NCBI GenBank assembly: GCA_951406725.2
Contig: OX597820.1
Span: 72,168,001 to 72,232,000 of the forward strand
Direction of reading: 5' to 3'
Source of the DNA: Octopus vulgaris
Lineage: Eukaryota
DNA length: 64,000 bases
Shown here: positions 38,310 to 51,929 of the stretch, piece by piece
Numbering within the stretch: the first letter of the stretch is position 1
Layout: each line of letters begins with the position of its first letter
Notes under the pieces: model-generated
What the model saw: the letters and a program-made list of their open reading frames with translations, nothing else
The model's database searches: none
What the model was told of the DNA's origin: nothing
Translations under genes and position numbers: made by a program

Positions 38310-38665
38310 TGCTTGTTTCAGTCATTTGACTGTGGTCATGCTGGGGCACTGTCTTTAGTCGAGCAAATCAACCCCAGGACTTATTCTTTGTAAGCCTAGT
38401 ACTTATTCTATCGGCCTCTTTTGCTGAAGCGCTAAGTAATGGGGATGTAAACACACAAGCATTGGTTGTCAAGTGATGCTTGGTAGACACACACACAAAC
38501 ATATATATATATATATATATGACAGGCTTCTCTCAGTTTCTGTCTACCAAATCCACTCACAAGGCTTTGGTCGGCCCAAGGCTATAGTAGAAGTCATTTG
38601 CCCAAGGTGCCATACAGTAGGACTGAACCCAGAACCATGTGGTTGGTAAGCAAGCTACTTACCAT
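38310..38665 (-). mobile_element. SINE family A
   Basis: Reverse complement of the family consensus seen in this window. Confidence 0.85.
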
Positions 38666-38879
38666 CAAGTTTTTGTATTTGGTTTGCAAGATTCTTTGTG
38701 TGAATTTGTGTTTTGAAGCATAATTTATTGTCTGGGGAGAGTCATTCTCTTTTAATGCCTTATTATTTAACACATTCACCCTAAGATTGCAGTGTTAAAT
38801 TAATAAGGCTCTAAAAGAGAACGCCTCACCTCAGATACAAAATGTTTATCAAGGTAACCCGAAATAGGCTAAATTCAAA

Positions 38880-38912
<33 letters not shown>

Positions 38913-39249
38913 GGTTTGGCTGAGTGGTTAAGAAGCTTACTTTGCAATCACATGGCTATGAGTTCAGTCCTACTTTGCAACACAATGGGCAAATTTTGTC
39001 TACTGTAGCCCTGGGCTGACCAATGCTGTGTGAGTGGGTTTGGTAGAATGATGCTGTATGGAAGACCATTATGTGTGGATGAGTTTGTTTGTCCTTATAA
39101 CTTAGCTGTAGAGCAAAAGAGACCAATAGAATAAGTGCCAGATTTATTAAATATCTCCTGGTGTTGATTTATTCAACTAAAACTTCAAGGTGACATGACG
39201 ACATGGCTGCAATCCAATCACTGAAACAAAATATGAGATAAAAGACACA

Positions 39250-39635
39250 CTTTCTCTCTCTCTATCTCTCTCTCCCTCTTTCTCTATCTTTCTCTCTTTC
39301 TTTCTCTCTCTTTCTTTCTCTCTCTCTTTCTTTCTCTCTCTCTTTCTTTCTATCTCTCTCTTTCTTTCTATCTCTCTCTGTTTCTCTGTTTCTATCTCTC
39401 TCTCTTTCTTTCTCTCTCTTTCTTTCCATCTCTCTCTTTCTTTCCATCTCTCTCTTTCTTTCTATCTCTCTTTCTCTCTCTCTCTGTTTCTCTCTCTCTT
39501 TCTATCTCTCTCTTTTTCTCTCTCTCTCTTTCTTTCTCTCTCACTCTTTCTCTCTCTCTCACACTTTCTCTCTTTCTCTTTCTTTCTCTCTCTCTTTCTC
39601 CACTCACTCACACACACACACACACACACACACAT
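39250..39635. repeat. (CT)/(CTTT) polypyrimidine tract followed by (CA)n
   Basis: Directly visible; about 350 bp almost free of purines on the + strand. Confidence 0.95.
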
Positions 39636-41479
39636 CTAAATGGTAACAAATAGCAAAAAAATACTCAGAACCTGCCTAGGCTGGAGCTTGAATAATTTAA
39701 CAATTCAATTTGATCAGCCAGTATTGATCTGACTGAAGCCGAACTGTGAAATCCATCAGACTTCATCCAGCTCCTTACATGGTTGTTGTTTCTGTAGGAA
39801 CTGAAGTCGAATGACTCCACATCATCAAAAGAAGAAAACAGAAAATTTCTATATTTATAGACTTTGGCCCATGGTACTGGAACATGGACATGAATCAGAG
39901 GAAACTTCTGATTTCTCTAGCTCTTGTTCTCAGTGTAAAGTTAATTACAAAGAGAAGTCAAATAGTGATCAGACAAAATTAAAGAAACTTGTTTGATTTC
40001 TCATTCTAATTAAATTCACACTTAAAGGTGAGAGACATAGAGATTGGAGGTTTCCACAGCTCTTGTAAAAAGTTCATCAACCACATACTGATATCTATAA
40101 ATATAGGAGTTTGAATCTATTTGTCTTTGTTTTTCCATGGCTCTTTTGGTGACATGAAGACATAAGTTCATTCATTTGAACTTTGCTTCTGGCAGGAATG
40201 GGCAGCAATGTTAATAGGAAGTTAATGAACATTAGTCTGTATATTACCATTTCCTAAGCAAGCTGAATCATCATCATCATCATCATTATCATTTTAGTGT
40301 CCACTTTTCTTTTCCATGCTGGTGTGGGTTGTAAAGAATTTGTTGAGGTAAATTTTCTACGGCTGGATGCCCTTCATGTTGCCAACCCATATCTGTTTCC
40401 TAGCAAGGTAATGTTTCCCCATATTTTCATGGAAGGCTGGAAATGGACACTGCTTGTATGACAGTGACACTCATTTACAATTATCACACAGTCAAGACAA
40501 GGAAGCAGTCACACACATGCACACACACACATATGATGAACTTCTTTCAGTTTCCATCCTACCAAATCTACCTCCAGAAATTTGGTCAACATGCAGTTAT
40601 AGTAGAAAAAATTTGCTCAAGGTACCATACAGTGGGACTGAACCCCAAACCATGTGGTTAGGAAGCAGACTTCTCGCAACCCAACCATGCCTGCACCAAT
40701 ATATACTTTGAAATTTTAAATCCATGTTGGGTTACATAAAGATATACATACACATCTAAATAAACACATACATGTATCACCAACATGGCGAGCCAGTCAG
40801 GCAGCACTGGCATTGGCCATAGCTACAATTTTCATTTGATTTGATTTTGATTTTACTTGACTCAATAGGTCTCCTCAAGCATGCCCAACATTTATAAAAT
40901 CATCATTGACTGAACCCGGAACCATGTGGTTGGGAATCAAGCTTCTGACCACACAGCCACTCCAATAACATAAGACCTTTATTCCATTAACCTTTACTGC
41001 ACAAGAACTGAGTACACTTGCTTCTGTAGAAGTGCACTTGAGACACAGGAACAGAATTAACTCAGTTTTAATAGTGGGATACTTCCCAGAATTCTCCATG
41101 TTTCATATGATGTAGTACACACATTTTATTTTTACTCACCAATAGAAAGAGGTTGTGAGAACTGATTTGCATATAATTAGCATGTTACATCACCAGCAGA
41201 AATTTAATGAACCCAATAAGGATTAAGAAACAAGTGGACAAACGAATGCAACATTAATGGTTGATGTATGGTAAATATTGGCTTTAAATTTTGGTACAAG
41301 GCCAGCAGTTTTAGGAAAGGGGCAAAGTCAGTTACATTGACCCCAGTATTCAACAGGTACTTATTTTATTGACCCCAAAAGGATGAAAGGTAAAGTCGAC
41401 TACAGCAGAATTTGAACTCAGAATGTAAAGATGGCTGAAATGCCACAATATTTTGCTCAGTGGTGCTTATGATTTTGCT

Positions 41480-41780
41480 GGCTTGTCTCTTTGATGTATG
41501 ACAAATATTAAAAAGGAAAAACAGTTAGAACTAGTCACAGTGTTTATGCTAGTGCTTTAGTGCAAAGAGATCCCAGAATATACAGATTTGAGAGACAATG
41601 GTCTTTGAAAATGCCAAGCAATTACATGAAGATGATACAGGTATCACTTGAGAGACTTGTGTATTTACAGTTGAATGGTTTAAAAACATTCCAATATGAC
41701 GTGGCATCTGGGAAGAAATCGACAGATATTGATGGCCGAGTTAAAATACATAATTTTGTTGCTTTCTAGACTGTGTTCCA
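41480..41780 (+). mobile_element. pogo/Tigger CENP-B HTH relic
   Basis: MVFENAKQLHEDD...FTVEWFK resembles the I..KAK...F...GW..F pattern; heavily degraded. Confidence 0.35.
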
Positions 41781-41853
41781 TTACATCAGTATATTCGATA
41801 GCACAGAAATACCTAGGTCTCAAGGGGTCAGGATTAGTGGAACTGTACTGCAC

Positions 41854-41889
<36 letters not shown>

Positions 41890-42047
41890 CTATAGATATA
41901 CACGTATATTTATGTATACTTATGCGCACACATTTATAAACACACACATATCCATGATTATTTGTGTGTGTGTATCTTTCTATATATATATATCTCAATA
42001 TTATTATTATTATCATCATCATTATTGTTGTTATTATCATTATTATT

Positions 42048-42253
42048 AAAGCTGCAAGCTGGCAGAATTGTTGGATGAAATGCTTAGCAGTATTTCACCC
42101 AACACTACATTCTGTGTTCAAATTCTGCCAGGGTCAACTTTGCTTTTCATCCTTCTGGAGTTGATAAATTAAGTACCAGTGAAACACTGGTGTCGATATA
42201 ATCAACTAGTTCCCTCCCACCAAATTTTAGGCCTTGTGCCTTAAGTAGAAAGG

Positions 42254-42301
<48 letters not shown>

Positions 42302-42500
42302 GTGGTGAGCTGGCAGAACCATTAGCATGCCAGGCAGAATGCTTAGTGGCATTTTGTCCATCTTTATGTTCTGAGTTCAAATTTCGCCAAGGTTGACTTT
42401 GCCTTTCATCCTTTTGAGGTCAATAAAATAAGTACCAGTTGAACATCAACTTAACCGCTACCTCAAGCTTACTGGCCTTGTGCCAAAATTTGAAATCATT
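42048..42500 (+). mobile_element. Two tandem SINE B copies separated by (TTA)n
   Basis: Copies at 42048-42255 and 42300-42500. Confidence 0.85.
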
Positions 42501-42710
42501 ATTATTATTAACCACTAAAGGCCTTGTGTGAGAGCTTTACTATTTGTTGAAACCTTACCACATGGTATACATGTGTGTGTGCTCTTGCATGTGTGCATAA
42601 TGTGTTCATGTACGTATGTATGCATGCATAAACATATATATAGATAGATATTTCACGCTGGCCACTCAATAAAATCATTAAAATGATTTTATCCTTAATT
42701 GTATATAATG

Positions 42711-42752
<42 letters not shown>

Positions 42753-42811
42753 TTATTTGCACACACACACATATATCATCATTATTTAATGCCTGCTTTC
42801 TATGCTGGCTT

Positions 42812-42885
<74 letters not shown>

Positions 42886-42949
42886 TATATATATAGAGAG
42901 AGAGATGTACAAATATGTGTGTGTGTACGATTGTGTTCTAAATCAAATC

Positions 42950-45270
42950 TAATCTTTTTTCTTCAATTCATATTTTTTAGTGGTCTTTTATGTTTAATTT
43001 GGAGAGCAAAGGCATTCCAAATCATAAACATTTTTAAAGATCATCTCACACTCATGATTTCAATGAAATGAAATGATTGTTGTATTGGAGTATTGTTCAT
43101 GTGCCTTGCAGTTGGAAGCAAAGAATTATAGGAATACTGTTGTAAACAATGAAATCATCATTGTTGGAATTAATATAATTCAATGCTCAACTGCAGTTAG
43201 ATTTCATTTACTTAATTCATAACTGTTGTACCTTTGTGTTGATTATGGGGGTTGTATTTTGTTATTGATGGGCTTCTGAAGTTAATCTTTTCTTTTTTGG
43301 TGGGAATCTTTGCAGAAGATTTCATTTTGGTATTTAGTTTGAAAGATTCTTGACGTGAACTAGTGTGGTGATGCTGATTTTGTTGTATCTTGGAAGGGTC
43401 ATTATGCCAATAATAAACACACGCATTGGTTTTATTTGACTTCTTTTATTATTAGTAATCAATTTAAGACTGAACAGGCAGATTTGATAGCACACTGGGC
43501 AAAATGCTTAGCGGCATTTTGTCCATCTTTATCTTCTGAGTTCAAATTCCACTGAATTCAGGGTTGATAAATTAAGTACCTGTGAAATGCTGGGGTTGAT
43601 GTAATTGACTACTCTCCTCCCACAAAATTTCAAGCCTTGTACCTTTGGTGGAAAGGATTATTAGTAGTCAATTTGTTAATCATTTAACAATGAAGTCATC
43701 AATTGTTTGATTAATCAGTCTGCCAATTAACCAATCAGCTAGATTTGTTTGTCCTTTTGCTGTCATATGCAAACTCATCAATGACATGCCCTCTCTACTC
43801 CAGCTCTAGAGTCATCAACTAATGTTTCCCCATGTAATTTTGTTTGCATGCTGCAATAGTCCCTTGTAATAAATGCTTGGACGACCAACAGCAAGTGATG
43901 TTACCAGTATGTCCAATGTAACAGATTGAGTCATGAAGTTTACAACTTTAGTGTTACACAGAAATTTCTATTTTATTTTGTCTGAAGTATACTCTATGGT
44001 TTTGAGGCCAGTGGTTTCATGTTGATAAGAAGAGAAATGATTCTGGTGTTTATCCAATATATTTCTATTATTAATTTGTGATTGGGTGCCATATCAGTTT
44101 GTACATAGGGCTTCATGGACAACATGTGCCATTTGTGTTTTTATTCAGTGCCCTGCGTGAGTGAATTTGTTATACTGTTTTATAGTTTGGCCTACTAATA
44201 TGTTTAGGTACCATCATTAACTATTGTTTGTTACACTAATAAGGTTTCTTTATTTAAAATTTCTTTGTGGATGAGAATCAAAAAAGCTCTTCTAAGAAGA
44301 AAGTTGACTACAGTATTTTGTATTTATGACGCCATTCACCATTTCTGTGTCTGCATAAGTATTTCTTTGCATTTTTCCATGTGTTGATGTGATGTTTTTA
44401 TTATTCCTTATTCCTTCAATTATATCTAGAATGGTGGTGCTGTTGGAAGAATCTTAATTTATATTAGAAGTATGTTTAATTGTAAACTTTAAAATGGAAT
44501 TATTTTCAAGATCATCTGTAAATCTGTTATCTTATTTGTAAATCTGTTATCTTATCTGTCACAATAAATATATAAATTTCATATCTGATATGGACAGTGT
44601 AATTATATTTAATGCTTTAGCATTTAAACTGGCCATATTCAGCCAAAATATTCTACTTGTTTTGTGTTCAAACTGTCAAAATCTAGCCTCTTGTACCTAC
44701 CTTACAATGTCATTCCTAGAATATACAATCACATCATTGAAATCTCAGAGCTACAAGATAATACGTGATTAATTCAAAACAATGTGAATTAATAAGCATT
44801 GCATTTAACCAAATAATTTTAATGCCAAATGGTTAAGAATAACTTAGTTTCCCATATTAGCCCTGTAAAATACTGCAAATATGATCCCTAATGGAGAACT
44901 CGTCACCAATGCATCTTTCTAGGTATTGATTGCCTTGTAGCTAGCAGAACAGAATTGCATTTGTGTAGACTAACAGAATCTTTTTAAGGATGTTTCTTGT
45001 CATATTAGATGGCTTTTATTATGTGTATACACATTATGTTTATAGTTTTTATTTGTTGGACATTAATAAAAGAGACTTCCTACATCAAAAGTAAAAATGT
45101 TGCCAATTTTGGACGTTTCATGTTGAATTTCTGAGAATTCAGTTGAGGATTGTATGCTACATATCATCATCATCATTTAACATCTGATGATAATGGTGAT
45201 GGTAAGATATAGTATACAATCCTCAAATGAATTCTCAGAAATTCCAGATAAATCATCCAAAGTTGGCATG
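42950..45270 (-). mobile_element. Long degenerate Penelope-like element with a 5' inverted repeat
   Basis: Fragments IIWHN.P, SNCS, QYNNHFISL, IWN...KYELK resemble PLE linker/GIY-YIG motifs; hairpin at 45101-45268; interrupted by SINE B (43470-43660). Confidence 0.5.
44610..44836. mobile_element. piggyBac-like MITE
   Basis: ttaatgctttagcattt...aatgccaaatggttaa: TTAA at both ends with degenerate TIRs. Confidence 0.55.
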
Positions 45271-46541
45271 TAAAATGCCCTTTAATATATATTTCTTGGA
45301 TATTACATAGTTTGTTTGGCAATTCTATGATTCCATGTATTGATTCAGGAGATTAGGGTTTGACAAGGGTCACTCTGTTTTTGTGTCTTCACAGTATCTT
45401 AGAGGTACAGAGGTCTAAATTCCAGAGACAGATAAATCAGCCTTGAGCATCAACAGAGTAATTAATTTTTTAGTTGAATTTTTATTTGCTCATTACTGTC
45501 TTTCTTAATTTTGATGAATTTGCTGCTATCCAGCTGCATAGCATTTATTTTTCCTGTGTATTTTTCTTTGTCCATTACACCAAACAGGTTGCTCTTATCA
45601 CAGTTACAAATTACAATTTTCTCTTTATTTTCAGGTCCTACTGAGCAAGTTCAAGATTCTTGTAGAGTACATTTTTTTGTGTGTGTGTTTGTCTATTTAT
45701 TACCTTAACACATGAATAAATGTATTATAAAAATTGATGACAATTTATGAGGTTTATTCAAGTGTGAAAGATATAAACACAACAACAAAAATTTAACAAG
45801 TATCTTAAGCTAGCTGAAAAATAATGAGAAAATTATAATTTGCAAAGGTGATAAGAGAGAAAACACGTATGAAATATATCTGAAGTGCTATATGTGTTGT
45901 TCATTAGTACTAAATTTATGGCTAAGACTGATGAGGTGTTATGGTCTACATTTATGTTAGAACTACACTAGATTGTCTATATTTAAGTATAGAATTAGTT
46001 TTGATATTTGTAGTCATCTTATTTATCAACTTTAGGTTTAGTTGCCTCTGAAACTGAGGATGGCCTTGGGAACCCTTATGTGCTTCTCATTCAGTACAGA
46101 GTACTTTTTTCTTCCCTTTATATACAAGCATAGACGATGCAAAACTCCCGTCTTTTTATTTTTCTCCTATCATCTCTCCGAAGAAGGACCTTATCCTGAA
46201 ACAATGACTATTGTATTTCATACAGCAATTTTATTGTACTTTTTCTATCACTGTCTTGTCTGTCAGTCTATGTATGTGTATATATATATATGCAACTGCA
46301 CATTGTATTAGGTTTGTTATAAAATTCCTTTAATCCCTACTTTCTTTCATCTAGATCAGGGGTTGGTGTAAATTACCCCAAGTGGAGTAAAAAGGAAATT
46401 CTTGTGGGTAATGACAACTCAAGAAAAATTATATAAAAAGCATGTTCCTTGTTCTCTATGATTTTCTTTCTTTCAAATCAAGTGGATAACGTCGACGTAA
46501 ATAAATGTTCTGAGGTAATTGGCTAAAAAAGTTCCCAACAC

Positions 46542-46952
46542 AGGCGCAGGAGTGGCTGTGTGGTAAGTAGCTTGCTAACCAATCACATGATTCCGGGTTC
46601 AGTCCCACTGCGTGGCATCTTGGGCAAGTGTCTTCTGCTATAGCCCTGGGCCGACCAATGCCTTGTGAGTGGATTTGGTAGACGGAAACTGAAAGAAGCC
46701 TGTCGTATATATGTATATATATATGTGTGTGTGTGTATGTGTTTGTGTGTCTGTGTTTGTCCCCCTAGCATTGCTTGACAACCGATGCTGGTGTGTTTAC
46801 GTCCCCGTTACTTAGCGGTTTGGCAAAAGAGACCGATAAAGTAAGTACTGGGCTTAGAAAGAATAAGTCCCGGGGTCGATTTGCTCGACAAAAAGGTGGT
46901 GCTCCAGCATGGCCGCAGTCAAATGACTGAAACAAGTAAAGAGTAAAGAGTA
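46542..46952 (+). mobile_element. SINE family A, full-length young copy
   Basis: A box tggctgtgtgg, B box ggttcagtccc, internal (TA)(TG) tract, gtaaaga tail repeats; CpGs retained. Confidence 0.92.
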
Positions 46953-46965
46953 ACCTCTGATCTAA

Positions 46966-46996
<31 letters not shown>

Positions 46997-46999
46997 TCA

Positions 47000-47290
47000 A
47001 TATTGTAGTTGTGGTTAGTGCTGCCTGATTGGCTTCTGTGCTGGTGGCATGTAAAATGCACCATCTGAACGTGGTCATTGCCAGTGCCACCTGACTGGCT
47101 CCCATGCTGGTGGGATGTAAAATGCATCAACTACACTCTCAGAGTGAGTAGCATTAGGAAGGGCATCCAGCTGTAGAAACATTGCCAGATCAGATTGGAG
47201 CCTGGTGCAGCCTACTGGCTTACCAGTCCTCAGTCAAACCGTCCAACTCATGCCAGCATGGAAAATGGACGTTAAATGTTGATGATGATA
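47000..47290 (+). mobile_element. RTE 3' UTR fragment
   Basis: Two VNTR units plus the canonical tail. Confidence 0.8.
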
Positions 47291-47652
47291 TATACAGACA
47301 ATGGTGAAATTTGAAGCAGATAAAGCTATATATAATAGCATGTAAAAAAAAAAATCCATTGGATAGAAAAAGTCAAAGACTGCTTGCAAAACAACTTGTG
47401 ACTTTTTCTATCCAATCAGTTTTTTTAACCCAATATTTATATGCTATTATTTATAGCTTTATCTGCTTCAAGTTTCAGTCTTACATAAGAGAATTAGATC
47501 ATGTTCACAGTGGGCTGAACCTAGAGCCCTCTGGTGGGAAAGCAAACTTCGTACCATACAACCTGTGTTCATGGTCATACCTGCACCTATATGTAAGTAT
47601 ACATATATATTGATAAAAAAACAAATTAGTAACAAGGATATCCTAATATCAG

Positions 47653-47739
47653 TGCATTACAGCCGTTTCAAGTGGCTTTGTTTAATCAATCAATGCAAAC
47701 ATTACATCAATTTGAAATAAACCGATCTCCTCAGAAGCA
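47653..47739 (-). ncRNA. Type I hammerhead ribozyme motif with long stem II
   Basis: tgctt-CTGAGGA-[58 nt hairpin]-GAAAC-GGCT-GTA-atgca; all core positions present, some stem mismatches. Confidence 0.7.
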
Positions 47740-48081
47740 TATGACCATATAGATGTCCAACATACAGAATACTACATTATAATTTTATAGCAAATTTTTC
47801 ATCAGTACTAGAGACTAAAATAATTGCATTCCTTCTTTTTGCAATTTTCGTGACAGAATGAGTTTAAGAGAAAAATACCTAAAGCCTGCTAGAATTTAGA
47901 GTGGCAGAAGAGAATAATAATATTCTTTTCTGCCACTCTAAATCATTTTTTCCTTAAATTCATTCTGATACAATAATAACGAAAAGAAGCAATGTAATTA
48001 TTTTAGACTCTAGTACTGATGAAAAATTTGATATAAAATTATAATGTAGTATTCTGTATGTTGGAAATCTAAATTGTCATA

Positions 48082-48168
48082 TGCATCTGAGGAGAGTGGT
48101 TTATTTCAAATTGATGTAATATTTGCATTGATTGATTAAACGGAGCCGCTTGAAACGGCCACAATCAA
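48082..48168 (+). ncRNA. Type I hammerhead motif, cleavage triplet mutated
   Basis: tgcat-CTGAGGA-gagtggttt...gagccgctt-GAAAC-GGCC-ACA; ACA replaces GTA. Confidence 0.6.
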
Positions 48169-48424
48169 CTAATACCTGAACATCCCTGTTATTTATTTTG
48201 CTTTTTATTCACCTAACTTCAAGCTGTGTGTACAATACTAAACTTACTTGGTGCCTCAACTTAAGTACCTAATTCAACTGGATCTTAATTATTTCATATA
48301 TATTAATATATATGTGTAGGTAAGCATGTGTCTATTTGTGTGTGTGTACATGTATATGCCCATATATATGTGTTTACACACTTATAAATATATATACATA
48401 CATACATACACATGTGTATGTGTG

Positions 48425-49600
48425 TATGAGGGGTATGTCAGTTGTTTGTGAACAAAATTTTAATTTAATAAAATCCAATATATTTTTATAGAATTTGTCA
48501 CACATGTTCTTATGTACACATAGCAAAAGGCTGTTCAATGAAACTACCATCAACTTTAATTGCTGCCTTGATATGGTTTCTGAAATGACTAAATATCTTG
48601 ATCAAATGATCTTTATCCATGTTGGTCATAATGTCCCTAATAGCAGACATCAACAAGCTCTCAGTATTGTGGGAATGCTTGTTGTTCTCCCTCTCAACAA
48701 TATCCCAGACATAGCAGTCCAGAAGGTTTAAATTGGAAGAGCTTGGAGGTTGTTAGGAATAACATGATAATGAACATTTTTGGCCATTTATACCAGTCAT
48801 ACAGTCTGTATGAAAAGAATCAGTCTTGATGGAACACATATAGCCTCCCCTCTCGATTCAGGGCCTGGCAACTACCTCCAGTGTCTCAATGTAGGCTTCC
48901 ACATTGACTCTAAGACCTTGTGGGAAAAAAGTGGAGGCATGACCTGGTCTTCATTGCTTATGACCTCAAAGACCATCGTTGATGATGGAAACATCTGTGG
49001 GAATCACACAGAGCCATTTATCATTCCTTGTGTTCACTTTTTGATTTTGGACAAAGTTCTTTTTGTCTGAGAAGAACCATAGCATGTTGGATACCCTGGG
49101 GTACTGGAGTTTGTTCAACAAGTGCTTCAACCAAATCAGTTTTTTCAGGTCCTACTGGACAAGAAACCCTGCTTTTCCCAGTATAGAATTTGTATTTGAT
49201 GTCTTTGTGCACCACATATCTAATTGTTGACTCTGACACCTGAAGATGGTTGGCAATGGCTTTCATTGATGATGTTCTGGATTTACTGGATACACTTGAC
49301 TTTTCTGACACTGTCTGACAGTGAAAAACGTTTGTCTTTTCAGTAATAGAAGACATATCCTTGCCTGAGGCCAAGAGCACTCTTCTGATATTAAGCACAA
49401 GGGACTTGGTGACATTTAAGAAGGTTGTAATCTCAGAAACCCTGTGGTTGGCAGGTGAGATGACAAGAATGGCAATGCCTTTCGATGTCTGTATTAGATT
49501 TGAAGCTTTCAGGCTGGGGCTGAAAAAGGAAAGGATAGTTAGTTAGAGTTTGGGCCACTTGTGATTCTTCAAAGTTTTATTCCCAAATAGCTGATGCATT
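48425..49600 (-). mobile_element. maT-like transposon, degraded, near full length
   Basis: HTH MKAIANHLQVSESTIRYVVHKD, FFSDKKNFVQNQKVNTRND, SSSNLNLLDCYVW. Confidence 0.75.
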
Positions 49601-51107
49601 CTGTATATAAAGAGAAAGAGGTAGAGGGAGATACAAAAATTTTTAAATAAAAACAAATTAAAAAAATTTTTAAATCTAAATCTTTAAAACAAAATCCACC
49701 ATGCAAGCAGAGTGATTTGCTGTTTATGCCAGGTTACTGTATTTGGTACCTGTTATCAATACGTAGATCCTGAGTGCTTTTTGATTAAAAAATTCTCTTG
49801 AAAATGTTCTTTTGCTTTGGTTCCACAAATTGATATTCTTTTATACCAATTATCAATTCTGAGTGCATTTCTTAAAGTATCACAGGTTATTAACAGAGCA
49901 GGAGAACCTCTTTGAATCTCAAAAGACACTTAACAAAGGTTAGATTTATTTGTAAAGAAGAATTATGCAGTAACGAAATATGAGACCCTTGTGGCAGGAC
50001 TTGTGATTTTATCGTATAAAATTCCAGAATGGAAAGGAGTTCAAAGTTAATGCTAATATGAATTGCAAATCAAAAATTTTAATTTACTGCATTTCATGCC
50101 TGCAATGCCGTGTGAACTCTATCGATAAAACAAGAATAAAATATATGAAGAGAGTCAGGATATATAAGGAGCAAATCAGGGATTCATCTGTGGAGAATGG
50201 TTCATATAATGAACATCTTGACATTTGTGCATGAGGGAGATTTAAAATATTCCCTTGAGTCATACATAAAGACTGAAGACAATTATGCAAAGCAAAAGTG
50301 GAGGAGGGTATAATAACTTACAAAAGAAACTAAATCAGAAACAATACTGCTAATCCCTATCAAATGATGATAACATTAAAGATAACTGCTGTAACACTAC
50401 TACAATGTACATATATACGTATGTATGTTCCAGGTCACTCTTAGTTTTACTGTTAACATGTAACCCAGTACAATTTGTTGCATGGTTGGGTCGTTGGTGA
50501 CTAAACTATCAACTCTATTATTGGATACCTAGTAGGATGAAAAAAAAACTACCAAAGGGCAGGTGAATTCAATGAAGTCAACAAATGGGAGACACCCCTA
50601 GACTTTGTTTAGACATTTCTCAAGGAGAAAGAAAACTCTGAAATAACATTTGTGACTTTGTATCCAATTATATAGACTAGTCCTTAGACTAGTTCTTCTT
50701 TTTAGCTAAATGCATACATAGTTTAGAGAGTAAGATTGGCCCTTTGTAAGGCCTTTCCCCGCTTTAAAAAGCTCCAGGTACAGACATCAAGGGGTTTTAA
50801 CATCCCTGTCCTGTGTTGCATACTATGGCTGGCTGGCAGTAGCAAAAAAAGAAAGACACTGAATGAAAAATTTCATGATGCAATGAAGGCATGTGTCAGT
50901 GTGGGCAGAAGCTCTCTGAACACTTGCTGCAAGAAGTTGCCCATTGTTGCCACAACTGAGCAAAGATATGTAGGTCATGAAGAAATATTACCTTGCTTGG
51001 AAACAAGTGATGTTTGGTGACATGAAGAACATGCAGCTGTAGAAAATCTGCCTCAGCATGTATGGAAATGTTGACATTAAAACAATAATGAAAGCACAGT
51101 TCTATAT

Positions 51108-51170
51108 GCCATAGTGGTTAATAGTGCAGGCTACTAACCCCAAGATTCTGAGTTCGATTCCAGACAGTGA

Positions 51171-51205
<35 letters not shown>

Positions 51206-51342
51206 TCGAAAAATACCTTAGGAATGGGAATCCAGGTTTGAAATTTCCCCCAAGACAGCTGATGCAGGCTAGAAGGTATATCAGTCGAAACATGTTAACA
51301 ACAAACAAGATGAGGACAAATATACGTCAAATGTAAATAATG
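51108..51342 (+). mobile_element. tRNA-headed element with (AAT)n spacer and hammerhead-like 3' part
   Basis: tagtggttaa...gagttcgattcc head; CTGATGC-aggct...agtc-GAAAC at 51259-51291. Confidence 0.55.
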
Positions 51343-51929
51343 ATATCATTATAAAGAGTAAATGACAAACAAAATCATTATAGCAGATTATAGTAACAGA
51401 ACCAACAGTTTTAAAATGTGGGCAAGCCACCTGTGGAATATCTTTTAACTTGACTGATTAATTCCAATTCCATTTTTAAACAATGATAATGCTTCAAACT
51501 AAAGAATATTTTTACCTGTGTTTTGAGAAACCTAATTTATGCAATAACATACTGAGGATGTGAAGAGAATTATGTAAGATAAACTGCAATGACTAAGAAA
51601 ATGTATGGCACTACATAGAAACAAAATTTGATTAAGCAGCTACAGAAAAATATCTCTTAGCAAACATATATCATGTGCTGGTAATTGTCAACCAAGTTAT
51701 TTTTTTGAATTTCCCTATATACTAGCGTACAGATGGAATGTCAGAACAACAATAGCAGATCAATAAGGAATTTGCATTCATTAGAAAATATCGATCATGT
51801 TTAGATATATATATATATATATAATTTATCAATGAGTTGATTTAAAATAAATTTAATCAATTTATATTTATTGTTGTTGTCATCGACATTATTGCCATCA
51901 TCATCATTGTCATTGCTATTATTATGATG

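Larger units (their letters stand above)
47610..48200. repeat. Fold-back (about 280-bp arms) of two head-to-head PLE pLTR-like copies
   Basis: Arms pair around a centre near 47917 (atttagagtggcagaagagaat...attcttttctgccactctaaat). Confidence 0.9.

Noticed and set aside
39660-40260. Coding-looking unique sequence with an approximately 83-codon open minus frame
   Set aside because: No recognisable domain or splice support; the plus frames have scattered stops, suggesting an old transposon relic I cannot classify.
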